Program-made: the position numbers and the translations under genes
The notes under the pieces: generated by a model
What the model saw: only the letters and a program-made list of their open reading frames with translations
The model's database searches: none
Told to the model about the DNA's origin: nothing
Shown here: positions 10,469 to 19,898 of the stretch, in pieces
Layout: every line of letters starts with the position of its first letter
Numbering within the stretch: position 1 is the first letter of the stretch
Source: Verrucomicrobiota bacterium
GTDB taxonomy: Bacteria; Verrucomicrobiota; Verrucomicrobiia; Opitutales; Cerasicoccaceae
Length of the DNA: 64,000 nt
Direction of reading: 5' to 3'
Assembly (NCBI GenBank): GCA_039818205.1
Contig: JBCBUK010000008.1
Span: 64,001-128,000 of the forward strand

Positions 10469-10890
10469 GGCTGTCCTCCGTTCTGATTCGTCGCAATACT
10501 AATCGACAATGCTCCAGCTAGCGTTGCCTCATCGATGACCTTGACCAGCTCGTCCGTGGTTACGGTTCGATCGGCAACGATGACCACCGGACGCGGCTCC
10601 CGGCTTGATAAACGACGAACAATCAACCCGACTTCGCTTAGCTCGATTTGCTCGGACTCAAAGTAGATTCTACCTTGCTCATCGATCGCGAACAGAATGT
10701 TTTCACCTTCAATTGCCGCATTGCTTTGTGAGGTTGGACGCTCGAGTTCAATCCCCGTTTCCTTAACGAATACCGTCGTAACGACAAAGAAAATTAGCAG
10801 GATGAAAACCATGTCGATCAGCGGCGACAGATTGATGTCGGCTATGACTGGCGGCTTAGTCCGAGCTTGTCTGCGGGCACGTAAGCTCAC
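10465..10890 (-). CDS. exbD: Biopolymer transporter ExbD/TolR
   Basis: INLSPLIDMVFILLIFFVVTT motif. Confidence 0.93.
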   Translation of the reverse strand: MSLRARRQARTKPPVIADINLSPLIDMVFILLIFFVVTTVFVKETGIELERPTSQSNAAIEGENILFAIDEQGRIYFESEQIELSEVGLIVRRLSSREPRPVVIVADRTVTTDELVKVIDEATLAGALSISIATNQNGGQP

Positions 10891-11480
10891 ACGACATCCT
10901 TTCGCTTATGCCGCAGCGCGACACTCTCGACATGGGTGATTGCTGCGGCCCACTGATCGCGACGCCGACGCAGCGCATAGATCATGATATACGCCGGGAT
11001 GGCAACAATCAGTCCCGTTTCTGTCGTGATTAATGCCTGATACATGCCGCTCGAGACCTGTTCGCCAACCCGAACACCATCGACCGACAAGCCACGAAAA
11101 GTCGTCAACAATCCGGAAACAGTTCCCAGCAATCCGACCAAGGGCGCCGTGCTCACGAGGATGGCCAGAAAGGTCATGCGTCGATCCTGGCGATTCAGGA
11201 TTTGCTCACGCAGTTGGCCAAACATCCGGGCGCATGCTTCGGCGCCAGCCGAACCAAAGATGGCTTTGCATAACTCGGGAGGCAGGTGCTTCGTCGTGGT
11301 TAACGATTCATCGTTAAGGCGCAAAAGTTTTGCGAGCGGCCAGCGGCAGCTTTCCCGCCATTGTTCGATTAGCGAATAATAGATGATCAGCGCCAGGCAA
11401 CCGAGCGCGAGCATAAGCCAACCGCCGTGCCTCCAGATCGACCAAATATCACTATAAAACCACTGCAAAATCTCACTCAT
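10887..11480 (-). CDS. exbB: MotA/TolQ/ExbB proton channel
   Basis: APLVGLLGTVSG and ALITTETGLIVAIPA. Confidence 0.9.
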   Translation of the reverse strand: MSEILQWFYSDIWSIWRHGGWLMLALGCLALIIYYSLIEQWRESCRWPLAKLLRLNDESLTTTKHLPPELCKAIFGSAGAEACARMFGQLREQILNRQDRRMTFLAILVSTAPLVGLLGTVSGLLTTFRGLSVDGVRVGEQVSSGMYQALITTETGLIVAIPAYIMIYALRRRRDQWAAAITHVESVALRHKRKDVV

Positions 11481-12870
11481 TGGGGCTTTTCGTGTCTTTA
11501 GAATCGGTCAGTAGCGATGGCGGATTATCCAAATCACGAATTGAGAGCGACTCAACGAAGCGAGATGCCAGCGACTCCATTTCAGCCGTCAGACTTTGTG
11601 CCTTGCGCGAGAGTATCGCGTGCGCGATGAGTGCCGGAATCGCAACAAGCAGACCGAGTTCGGTGGTGATCAAAGCCTCGGCTATTCCGCCGGATAATGG
11701 ACGCGCGTCCCCGCTCCCATAGACTCCGATCATGCGGAATGTCGAAATCATTCCAGTGACGGTGCCCAGTAGACCTAACAGCGGTGAAACCGCAGCCGTG
11801 ACTGCTAATACAGGCAGCCCACGCTCCCAGCGCATCTGCCAGCGGATAATATGTTCGAGTAGCGAATCTTCCAGAGCTTCGCGGGGATACTCTGTGCGGG
11901 CTAGCCCATCCTTCAGCAATTCCATCGCTGGCTTGGACAGCGAATCGATCTGAGTCTTGGCTTCCTCGATATTTCTGGACTCAAGCGCTTGGAAAATTGG
12001 TTCGAGCGTCCGAAAGCCGGGTAAACGAACACTGCTAATCTGGACGGTTTTTAAGATAAAGACCACAAGCGCTAGGAGGGCCAACGTCAGAATCGGCCAG
12101 ACCCAGATGCCCCCGTCTTGAATACGTGTCCACGGATCCTGACCTTGTTGAGCGAGGATCAATGCGCGGCCACCGCTCGCGTCCAGCGGGAGAATTCCGT
12201 CTCCGCCCTCCACGATTGCGGCGAGCTCCGTCGCGGTCTGTTCATCTTGAAAGGGAACGATCTTGGGAGCCAGACCGTCGCCTGGAACCGCATGGCCCGC
12301 GATTCCTTTGTCATCGGAAACGAAATACGCAGCTGGTCCCCATAGAAAAAACGTACCCGATTGTTGCTCTCCCGAATCCATCAGCGCGACTCCCGGGCTG
12401 ATCTCACCACCGATGGACTCCGTTACCCGCTGGCGGCTGAAATCGACTAACCTGGTCCAGCGCCCAGCGATGCTTGAAGACCCGTCAGAAGTGACCGCTT
12501 GCAATTGCCCCAGATGAGACGGATGGATGGAGGTTTCGAGGGAAGCCTGGTAATCGTTAATTAACTGCTCAAGATCCCGAAGCCGCTCCTCTTGTTTCAC
12601 GACTTTCTCCCGGCGTTCACGTAGGTCGTCAACCGATCTTAAAATGGTGCGTTCAGCACCTTCGACCTCTCGGCGTTTTTCGCGGAGTTGGGCTTCCAGC
12701 GCATTGAACTTTTTGAGCAGCTCCGTTTTTTCGGATGAAATCACCTCCCGCTCTTGATTGAGGCGAGCCAGGGCATCTTCGAGGTCGGAGCGCGGAGAGA
12801 TTTCAGCCACTTGGCCCGAGGCCAATTGCGTCAATATCGTGCACAAGCAAATCCAGATAATGTATTTCAT
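11473..12870 (-). CDS. Large MotA/TolQ/ExbB family protein with periplasmic coiled-coil N-terminus (TtpC-like)
   Basis: Signal peptide, coiled coil, then SPLLGLLGTVTGMI and ALITTELGLLVAIP. Confidence 0.88.
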   Translation of the reverse strand: MKYIIWICLCTILTQLASGQVAEISPRSDLEDALARLNQEREVISSEKTELLKKFNALEAQLREKRREVEGAERTILRSVDDLRERREKVVKQEERLRDLEQLINDYQASLETSIHPSHLGQLQAVTSDGSSSIAGRWTRLVDFSRQRVTESIGGEISPGVALMDSGEQQSGTFFLWGPAAYFVSDDKGIAGHAVPGDGLAPKIVPFQDEQTATELAAIVEGGDGILPLDASGGRALILAQQGQDPWTRIQDGGIWVWPILTLALLALVVFILKTVQISSVRLPGFRTLEPIFQALESRNIEEAKTQIDSLSKPAMELLKDGLARTEYPREALEDSLLEHIIRWQMRWERGLPVLAVTAAVSPLLGLLGTVTGMISTFRMIGVYGSGDARPLSGGIAEALITTELGLLVAIPALIAHAILSRKAQSLTAEMESLASRFVESLSIRDLDNPPSLLTDSKDTKSPNE

Positions 12871-12876
12871 CAGACG

Positions 12877-13632
12877 CTACTGAGTGGAAAGTGGCATTTC
12901 AATTGCGGCTGCAGCCTCACGTCGTTTCGAAATGTCGATCAAGCGGGTCGCGAATGGCGCTAGTTCAGGCTCACTTGAGGTACGCCACCCGGCATCTTCC
13001 GGGATAATCCGACCGCCACGCTCGCCGTCGGGCGTCGTCCAAAAGCCGCCAGCAAAACCAAAGTAAATCTCGTTGACTGCCCAAGGCTGGTCATCGTCCA
13101 AGGTTATCATTTCCTCATGGACGACGACTTGGTTCTGGTAGGTGTGTGTCTCGCGAAACAAGGACAGCCAAGTTTTGGCGTGAGCCAGGGATTCATTGGC
13201 GTCGCTTGGCGCTTTGTTTAGCGATTCCAGATCCTCCTCGACATCCTTGAGAATTGGGCGCGGCCACATTTGGGTTTGAGCGACAAGCGCCTCAGTGTTT
13301 GCCGTTAGGTATTCGTTGAACGCCGTGAGTTCCTGTTCGATGGCCACGCTTCGCTGCTCGAGCGAATCTTTGCGATCACCAACTTCTGAGGCCTCCTCTT
13401 GAATGGAGGTTAGATGATCGTCTAGTAGTTTAGACTCCTCCTCGAGTACGCGGATTAAGTCGAGCAAGATGGCTTTGTCTGCATTCCAGTCAGCTCGTTC
13501 CTCCGAAATTTGTTTTTCGACGCGTACCCACTCCAACAAGGTTGCATAGTCCTCGCTATCATTAGCTTGGGTGAGCGGCATTGCGGCAATCAGGCCGGAT
13601 ATAACGACGCCAGAACGCAGAAATCGTGTCAT
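12877..13632 (-). CDS. DUF3450-like periplasmic coiled-coil protein (TtpB-like)
   Basis: Signal peptide plus coiled coil; first gene of the TonB cluster, the position DUF3450 normally occupies. Confidence 0.7.
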   Translation of the reverse strand: MTRFLRSGVVISGLIAAMPLTQANDSEDYATLLEWVRVEKQISEERADWNADKAILLDLIRVLEEESKLLDDHLTSIQEEASEVGDRKDSLEQRSVAIEQELTAFNEYLTANTEALVAQTQMWPRPILKDVEEDLESLNKAPSDANESLAHAKTWLSLFRETHTYQNQVVVHEEMITLDDDQPWAVNEIYFGFAGGFWTTPDGERGGRIIPEDAGWRTSSEPELAPFATRLIDISKRREAAAAIEMPLSTQ

Positions 13633-13843
13633 CTAAAACAACAAATGATGATGTGCTTAGGGGCGCAATCGCGAATTCTGGCATGCATAGGATTTGGACC
13701 GTCCATTCCCCTCGAAATGTTCTGTGTCATACTGACCTAGTAGGCATTTTTGACGCTAAAAGAGTGCCACTATGGCACATTAAAGCAATAGCGATAGATT
13801 CGTAAACAACTATCGGTCAAAGGGTTAAAAGATTTTCAATATC

Positions 13844-13860
13844 CGGAACAAGAACTGCAT
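13844..13860 (+). promoter_or_regulatory. Candidate sigma54 -24/-12 promoter for the hsp20 pair
   Basis: CGGAACAAGAACTGCAT: GG(13845-46)-N10-GC(13857-58), about 45 bp before ATG 13903. Confidence 0.5.
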
Positions 13861-13902
13861 CTATAGAGGCGAATTAAAACTAACTTGGAGGAACAACCAA
13901 TT

Positions 13903-14322
13903 ATGAAGTTAAGAAAATATAACACCTTTATCACAGATCCATTCGTGGATTTTGATCGTCTTTTCCAGCACGCTTTCAACGCAAATCGTTTGCAGGGATT
14001 CTTTGACCAACATTCGACCGGCAGGAGTTTCCGAGTCGACGTCTATCAAGACGGCGATGGAGCTCATCATGTTGTAGCGGAACTTCCTGGCGTCGTGAAA
14101 GAAGACGTCGATGTTCAACTCGAAAAGTCGGTTTTGACGATCACGGCAAAGCGCAGGCAAAAAGATGGCGAGCAAGAGAACTCACACACACTCCAGCGAT
14201 CGCTAAATGTCTCGGACGATACCGATTCAGCACAAGTCACCGCATCGCTTAAAGATGGGATTCTACAAGTCACCCTTCCGAAGGCAGAAGCGCGGAAGCC
14301 GAAATCCATCGCTGTAAGCTAA
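13903..14322 (+). CDS. Small heat shock protein, Hsp20/alpha-crystallin family
   Basis: AELPGV.KEDVDV...LTITA...ASLKDGILQVTLPK; GGAGG RBS before ATG 13903. Confidence 0.93.
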   Translation: MKLRKYNTFITDPFVDFDRLFQHAFNANRLQGFFDQHSTGRSFRVDVYQDGDGAHHVVAELPGVVKEDVDVQLEKSVLTITAKRRQKDGEQENSHTLQRSLNVSDDTDSAQVTASLKDGILQVTLPKAEARKPKSIAVS

Positions 14323-14348
14323 TCAATTAACCAGAAAGGAATTTTATT

Positions 14349-14732
14349 ATGAGTGATACTCAAGTAGCAAAGTGCAACGACCAGCAATCGTGTGCAACCA
14401 AGTCAGTCCAATACGTGCGTCCTAATTATGAGGTCGATCAGGGAGACGAGGCCATTGACGTCCGAGTCTATTTGCCTGGTGTGTCGAAGGACGCACTCGA
14501 GATCGGTGTGGAAAATGATACGCTCACAATTGAGGCTCAAAAGCAAACGTTAGCCCAGGACGGGTGGACGCCGCGCCACCGAGAAATACCGACAGTTGCA
14601 TACCGACTTCAATTAAAAATTAATTTGGCGGTTAACGCTAATGAAATTGCCGCGAAGTCCGATAATGGAATCCTGACGGTTACTTTGCCGGTAAGCGAAG
14701 CAGCCAAACCAAGAAAAATTTCAGTTAGTTAG
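14349..14732 (+). CDS. Small heat shock protein, Hsp20/alpha-crystallin family
   Basis: YLPGVSKDAL...NGILTVTLP...KPRKISV. Confidence 0.92.
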   Translation: MSDTQVAKCNDQQSCATKSVQYVRPNYEVDQGDEAIDVRVYLPGVSKDALEIGVENDTLTIEAQKQTLAQDGWTPRHREIPTVAYRLQLKINLAVNANEIAAKSDNGILTVTLPVSEAAKPRKISVS

Positions 14733-14771
14733 TTAGTTATTGGGGATTAGCGTGTTGAAACAGCTAGTCGC

Positions 14772-14806
14772 AACGCTGCGCCGATAAAGCGCAGCGTTTT
14801 TCTTTG
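14772..14806 (+). terminator. Intrinsic terminator after the hsp20 pair
   Basis: AACGCTGCGC-CGATAAA-GCGCAGCGTT hairpin followed by TTTCTTT. Confidence 0.75.
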
Positions 14807-14819
14807 CCCGATTCGGTGG

Positions 14820-16358
14820 CTATTTGATGAAACGATCGAGCACCTTGGCCGAGCTGATAACTCCTGGTAGGCCAGCTCCTGGATGCGTGCCTGCACCCAC
14901 GAAATAGAGACCGTCCACATCCTCGCTTTTATTGTGTGGTCGGAACCAAGCACTCTGGGTGAGGACAGGCTCGAACTGGAACGCGCTGCCTTGGAAAGCG
15001 TCCAAGCGGTCGTGGAAATCTTGAGGGGTGAAAATCAGCTTCGAGACCAAATGCTTCCGGAGGTCGGGGACCAAATGGTCCTTCTCCAGTGATTCCAGAA
15101 TGCGGTCAGCATATTCTTCTTTGATGTCGGCCCAGTTTTGGCCGCCCTTCAAATTCGGCACTGGGCTGAGCACATAGAAGCACTCGTGACCCGGGGACGC
15201 GAGACTTGGATCCGTTCTGGTTGGTGCGTGCAGATAGAGCGAGAAGTCTTCCGCCACGACTTTCCGGTCAAAAATGTCGCCGAGCAGCTCTTGATATCGA
15301 GGCCCAAGAACAATGCTATGGTGCGGCAGGTGTTCATAGGTCCGGTTGGTGCCAAAATAGATCACGAACAAACTCATAGCGTAGCGCATGTGCTCAAGCC
15401 GCGGGTTTGTCCATTTCTGTCGATGGACATTCTTAATGAGCTTCCGATAGGTATTCGCGACATCGCCATTGCTAATCACGATATCGGCCGGGAAATACTC
15501 TTCGGCGTTTTGCTCAAAACGATAGCCGGGTTCACGTTCAGCGTCGGCGAGATCTTCGGCCTGTGAGCCCATGGCCACCTTGACGCCCTTGACTTTCCCA
15601 TTTTCCACAACGATCTCGTTGGCGCGGGCCCCAAGAATGATCTTTCCTCCGATGTCCTCAAACATCTTAACCAGACCCTGCACAAGAGCGCCGGTGCCAC
15701 CCATTGCGAAATAGACGCCCCAGGTCTTTTCCAAATAGTGGATCATTGCATAGATTGCGGATGACCGTAATGGATTGCCGCCAATCAGCAATGGCTCAAA
15801 GCTGAACACCTGTCGAAGCTGTGGATCTTTAATGAATTGGCTGACGCGACTATAAACGGATTTGTCGGCCCGCAACCGAATTAGATCTGGCGCGACTTTT
15901 ACCATTTCCTTGATCGAGTGAAACGAGTGATCCGCAAGGTCCGTGAATGCCCGATCAAATATGCGTTCGCTGTAGGCAAGAAAGCGGCGGTAGCCCTCGA
16001 CATCGCGGGGATTGAATTTTGCGATCTCACTCTCGAGGGATTGTTGATCGCCCCGATAGTCGAATACCTTGCCGTCGTCGAAATAGATTCGATAGAACGG
16101 GTCGCAAGGCACGATCGTCACGTAGTCTTCTAATCGTTTGCCAGCGACGTCCGCGAGCTCATGCAGAATAAAGGGAACGGTAACGATGGTTGGGCCAGCG
16201 TCGTATTTGAAGCCCTGGTCCTCGTAGACGTAGGCTCGGCCGCCGGGCTTGTCCCGCATTTCCAATAGCGTGACCTCATAGCCTTTCGCCTGGGTGCGTA
16301 TTGCAGCCGCGAGACCGCCAAATCCACTTCCGATGACAACAACCTTGCCTTTACTCAT
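14820..16358 (-). CDS. crtI: Phytoene desaturase (CrtI family)
   Basis: VVIGSGFGGLAAA FAD motif, FKYDAGPT, LTQSAWFRPHN, YFVGAGTHPGAGLPGVISSAK. Confidence 0.92.
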   Translation of the reverse strand: MSKGKVVVIGSGFGGLAAAIRTQAKGYEVTLLEMRDKPGGRAYVYEDQGFKYDAGPTIVTVPFILHELADVAGKRLEDYVTIVPCDPFYRIYFDDGKVFDYRGDQQSLESEIAKFNPRDVEGYRRFLAYSERIFDRAFTDLADHSFHSIKEMVKVAPDLIRLRADKSVYSRVSQFIKDPQLRQVFSFEPLLIGGNPLRSSAIYAMIHYLEKTWGVYFAMGGTGALVQGLVKMFEDIGGKIILGARANEIVVENGKVKGVKVAMGSQAEDLADAEREPGYRFEQNAEEYFPADIVISNGDVANTYRKLIKNVHRQKWTNPRLEHMRYAMSLFVIYFGTNRTYEHLPHHSIVLGPRYQELLGDIFDRKVVAEDFSLYLHAPTRTDPSLASPGHECFYVLSPVPNLKGGQNWADIKEEYADRILESLEKDHLVPDLRKHLVSKLIFTPQDFHDRLDAFQGSAFQFEPVLTQSAWFRPHNKSEDVDGLYFVGAGTHPGAGLPGVISSAKVLDRFIK

Positions 16359-16416
16359 GACAATCAGAAAGCCGGAATTATCTCATTTGACAAGTCCGGT
16401 AGTGAAAAAAAAGTCA

Positions 16417-17151
16417 TCAGGCTTTGATGGCATCAATCATGAATGCAACGGGATGCTCCAACATGAAATCCCAGTAGCCCTCGGGTTCAGTCGCCTCAGG
16501 CGAAAGTTCTAAATGATGAAATTGGACATCCCGAAAACCCGCTTCCACCAGAGCTTCGCGGTAGTATTTATGCGGCAAATAGTGGTTGTCGACGACGATC
16601 GGGCCGGTGGAAGTTTCGCCAATCCATTGCATCAGCGAACCATCCTCAACCGGCTCATGCACCTTGACGCGAAATCCGTATTTAGTATAGTCTGGACGAA
16701 CCTTTTCGAAGGTTTCGAAGTTGGAGTTAAGCGTCACAAAGCGGCCACCCGATCGAACGCGGGTTGCGATCCCCTGACACATGTCATTGAGTTCTGCGCG
16801 GTTTTTTGAGTAAACAAACAACCATGCCGACATGGCCAAATCGTAGTCGGGCGAGTCGGCGAGCGCCTTAATATCGCGGGTCTCATAGGAAATTCCCAAG
16901 GGATCACTGCGTTCCTCGGCTTCTGCTAGAGCAATCATTTCCTTTGAAATATCAATCCCATGAGCTTCCGCTGCCCCAGCCTTTTTCAAAAGCCGGGTAT
17001 AGTAGCCCTGACCACAGGCTAAATCGACCGTTCGCAAGCCCCTACAGTCGCCCACGAGCTTCATTAACGAATATTCTTCAATCAGTTTCCGCCACGGTCG
17101 TTGCTTTACCTCGACATATTTTGCTGCCATATCGTCATAGTCTGAAGCCAT
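16417..17151 (-). CDS. Class I SAM-dependent methyltransferase
   Basis: VDLACGQG motif I, GIDISKEMI, YDLAMSAWLF. Confidence 0.9.
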   Translation of the reverse strand: MASDYDDMAAKYVEVKQRPWRKLIEEYSLMKLVGDCRGLRTVDLACGQGYYTRLLKKAGAAEAHGIDISKEMIALAEAEERSDPLGISYETRDIKALADSPDYDLAMSAWLFVYSKNRAELNDMCQGIATRVRSGGRFVTLNSNFETFEKVRPDYTKYGFRVKVHEPVEDGSLMQWIGETSTGPIVVDNHYLPHKYYREALVEAGFRDVQFHHLELSPEATEPEGYWDFMLEHPVAFMIDAIKA

Positions 17152-17267
17152 GCAAAACTAATGCCCGAATTCAATTCTAGATCAATTCCAATCGCATGCC
17201 TCAATTGCCTCAAACTGAATTCATCATTAATATAATCAGAACAGTTGTGCTCAAACTCCCATCGTTG

Positions 17268-18359
17268 ATGAGATCTTCAAACCCATTCCATCAAGCATCA
17301 ATCCCGGTAAGGTCGCTCGTCCTCTGCCTCACTCTGGTCCTGGCGCAGGCTCAATCCGTGGCGGACTCCAATGACGAATACGAAATTGGCTACCAGCTAC
17401 CAGAAGACGCAGTCATCACCTACCCCAACTCGAATCCATTGCGGGATTCGCTAAAGCCGGTTCCCGCAAGTGCCGTTTTTCGGATGGAAGGCTGGAGCTT
17501 GTGGGACCCGTCGTTGATTAAGGTTGGGGACACCTATCACCTGTTTTGCTCACGCTGGCCCAAAGCAGACGATCATTCGTTTGATTCAGGCTGGAAGCGT
17601 AGCCACGTCATTCGGGCAACTTCCAAGGATCTATTTGGACCCTACGAGTTCCAAGAAGTTGTTTTGCACCCAAAAGATCATCCCTGGGCTAATAAAGGGA
17701 TTCACAATCCAAAAGTTACCAAGGTTGGTGACCGCTTTTTGATTTACCATCTTGGCATTCCGCAGTGGAGCACAGGATTTGCCTACGCAGATTCGATTGA
17801 GGGCCCTTGGCAACCATTGCCTGAGCCCGTGCTTAAGGCCAACAACCCTGCACTACTCGTTCACGAAGATGGATCGGCCTACATGGTCTCGAAACACAAG
17901 CCCAAGCCGACTCAAGATGGTAAATGGGATGCATGCATGAAGGCTCACCGAGCGGATCATGTCGATGGCCCCTACGAAGTTGTTGGTGAGGGGCGCAACC
18001 GCCTACCCTATGATTGTGAGCTCGAGGATCCCACGATCTGGTGGGCAAACGATCAATACAACGTGATTTGCACCGACTGGGAAGGAAAAGTGACCGGGGT
18101 TCAGAAGCCCGTAATTTATTATACATCGAAGGACGGGGTCAATTATGAGCTCTATTCCAAGATACCCGTTTGGACTCAAACCGAACCAATCATCTGTGAG
18201 AATGGAGATCAACTACGGGCCAGTCGCATTGAACGTCCACAAGTCTATATCGACGAAGACGGTCAGTTTGCGGCATTGCTGGTAGCGGTCGGAGAAGAAG
18301 AACGGAGCCACGATTACATCGTTATTCGGCCGGTGGACAACTTTGTGCCGGACAACTAA
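17268..18359 (+). CDS. Secreted glycoside hydrolase, five-bladed beta-propeller (GH43-like)
   Basis: WDPSLIKVGDTYHLF, HNPKV, EDPTIW, ERPQV motifs; signal peptide; start ATG 17268 inferred. Confidence 0.75.
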   Translation: MRSSNPFHQASIPVRSLVLCLTLVLAQAQSVADSNDEYEIGYQLPEDAVITYPNSNPLRDSLKPVPASAVFRMEGWSLWDPSLIKVGDTYHLFCSRWPKADDHSFDSGWKRSHVIRATSKDLFGPYEFQEVVLHPKDHPWANKGIHNPKVTKVGDRFLIYHLGIPQWSTGFAYADSIEGPWQPLPEPVLKANNPALLVHEDGSAYMVSKHKPKPTQDGKWDACMKAHRADHVDGPYEVVGEGRNRLPYDCELEDPTIWWANDQYNVICTDWEGKVTGVQKPVIYYTSKDGVNYELYSKIPVWTQTEPIICENGDQLRASRIERPQVYIDEDGQFAALLVAVGEEERSHDYIVIRPVDNFVPDN

Positions 18360-18429
18360 TTTCATCAGTAACCCTACCACCGACCGTTCAGTGACTTGCA
18401 CTTTTATTTGTTTCTGTTAGCGTTCATCT

Positions 18430-18897
18430 ATGGCTAAAAAGAAGTCTAAGAAACCTACCAATACAAACGCAGTAGCCGAAGCCCTCCGCCAAGTGGTTGC
18501 GGATACCTACGCATTGCTGGGGCAAACTCATTTTTGCCATTGGAATGTCGAAGGCCCCGGCTTTTTTGCCCTGCATACCGCCTTTGAAGAGCAATACACA
18601 GAGTTATTTACAGCGGTTGACGAGATTGCAGAGCGTATTCGTGCTTTGAATTGCTACGCCCCGGGAAGTTTGGGTAATTTAGCTAAAATGGCGGGGTTCG
18701 ATGAGCTCGAGGAAGGCGTTAATGACAAAGCGATGGTCGCACACCTTGCGGATCTTCACCGAAAGACAGTCGCTAATTTGGGAAAAGCCCGAGACATTGC
18801 TGCTGATAGCGATGATTCGGAAACCGAGGACCTCATGATCGCCCGGACTCAGGTGCATGAAAAGACTATCTGGATGCTGGAAAGCTACCTGAAATAG
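18430..18897 (+). CDS. dps: DNA starvation/stationary phase protection protein (Dps family)
   Basis: HWNVEGPGFFALHTAFEEQY, DEIAERI, HEKTIWML. Confidence 0.95.
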   Translation: MAKKKSKKPTNTNAVAEALRQVVADTYALLGQTHFCHWNVEGPGFFALHTAFEEQYTELFTAVDEIAERIRALNCYAPGSLGNLAKMAGFDELEEGVNDKAMVAHLADLHRKTVANLGKARDIAADSDDSETEDLMIARTQVHEKTIWMLESYLK

Positions 18898-18926
18898 TCG
18901 CTAATTTGATGTAAACAACTCGGTCT

Positions 18927-19025
18927 TTATTCACAGTCCCGATGTCCTAGTGATGTCGGGATTTTCAGATCAATTCACAAGATATTCACTTGTTTCCGGG
19001 TTATTCACAAGTCATTGTGAATAAC
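18927..19025. promoter_or_regulatory. Cluster of DnaA-box-like 9-mers
   Basis: TTATTCACA at 18927 and 19001, reverse copy TGTGAATAA at 19016 (all fit TTWTNCACA); degenerate copies at 18971 and 18982. Confidence 0.55.
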
Positions 19026-19166
19026 TTTTTATTTTTGTAAAGTATTGGTCAACATCTGATTGTATATGTAAATAATAGATCAATCTCAAATCCCCTTTAC
19101 AGAAATTGGGTGATTCGCCTTACTAGCGCCATCGATTGTTATTAACTTCACCTTAGCCAAACAATC

Positions 19167-19682
19167 ATGCCAAAGATCTTCAAATTTATCGTCGCCTCCA
19201 TGCTTCTGTTCACAACCGCGCAGTTGCAGGCTCGGCATGGATCTTTGACTCACTACGACCGATTACTTCTTGCGTCTTGCGCAGTGCTTGAAGCGGCGTC
19301 AGAAGGTGAAAAAGGCATGCAGGCTGTTCTTAATGTCGTTTATAACCGTGCCGACGGCGACATTCACCGCGTAATCGGTGTTATTGCCCGCCCAAAACAA
19401 TTTACTGCGCTCAATAGCGCTACTCAGGCTCGCAATCCAGACTACGGGCCGATCATCGAGCGCGCTACAAGTGATCCGGCGTTCAGCGACGCGTATGCCC
19501 TCGTTGTTCTCATGGAACGAGGCGAATTGGCCGACATTACCGGAGGTGCAGACCACTATCATGCCGATTATGGTGAGACGCCCTACTGGACCGTCGATAT
19601 GGAGCCAACCCGCAAAATCGGAAATCATCAATTTTATCGTAGCGATAACGATCCGGCGCTCGTTGCGCTCGTAACTCAGTAA
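19167..19682 (+). CDS. Cell wall hydrolase (SleB/Hydrolase_2 family)
   Basis: LEAASEGEKGMQAVLNVVYNR, QFTAL, TGGADHYH, IGNHQFY; signal peptide. Confidence 0.88.
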   Translation: MPKIFKFIVASMLLFTTAQLQARHGSLTHYDRLLLASCAVLEAASEGEKGMQAVLNVVYNRADGDIHRVIGVIARPKQFTALNSATQARNPDYGPIIERATSDPAFSDAYALVVLMERGELADITGGADHYHADYGETPYWTVDMEPTRKIGNHQFYRSDNDPALVALVTQ

Positions 19683-19772
19683 TCAATTTTTCAGTGTCGT
19701 CGTGGGAAATCTTGCGTTAGTTCGGTAAACCTATCCTCCCATACCACCTTCCTACGGCGGCGCGATTTTGTG

Positions 19773-19806
19773 AAAGCCGGTGACTCAAGTCATCGGCTTT
19801 TCTTTT
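19773..19806 (+). terminator. Intrinsic terminator
   Basis: AAAGCCGGTGAC-TCAA-GTCATCGGCTTT hairpin plus TCTTTT. Confidence 0.7.
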
Positions 19807-19898
19807 ATTCGTTTGCAACAATTCGATTGAAACAACCGATCAAAAGATAGCGTATCGGTGTTTGTATGGTTACTATGCAAATGTAGAGTTTGGTAGTC

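Noticed and set aside
13741..13770. Possible CIRCE element before hsp20
   Set aside because: Only the right half (GAGTGCCA) matches; there is no left half at 9-bp spacing.
13773..13787. TGGCAC...GC as a sigma54 promoter
   Set aside because: GG-to-GC spacing is 9, not the required 10; it is better explained as half of a palindrome.
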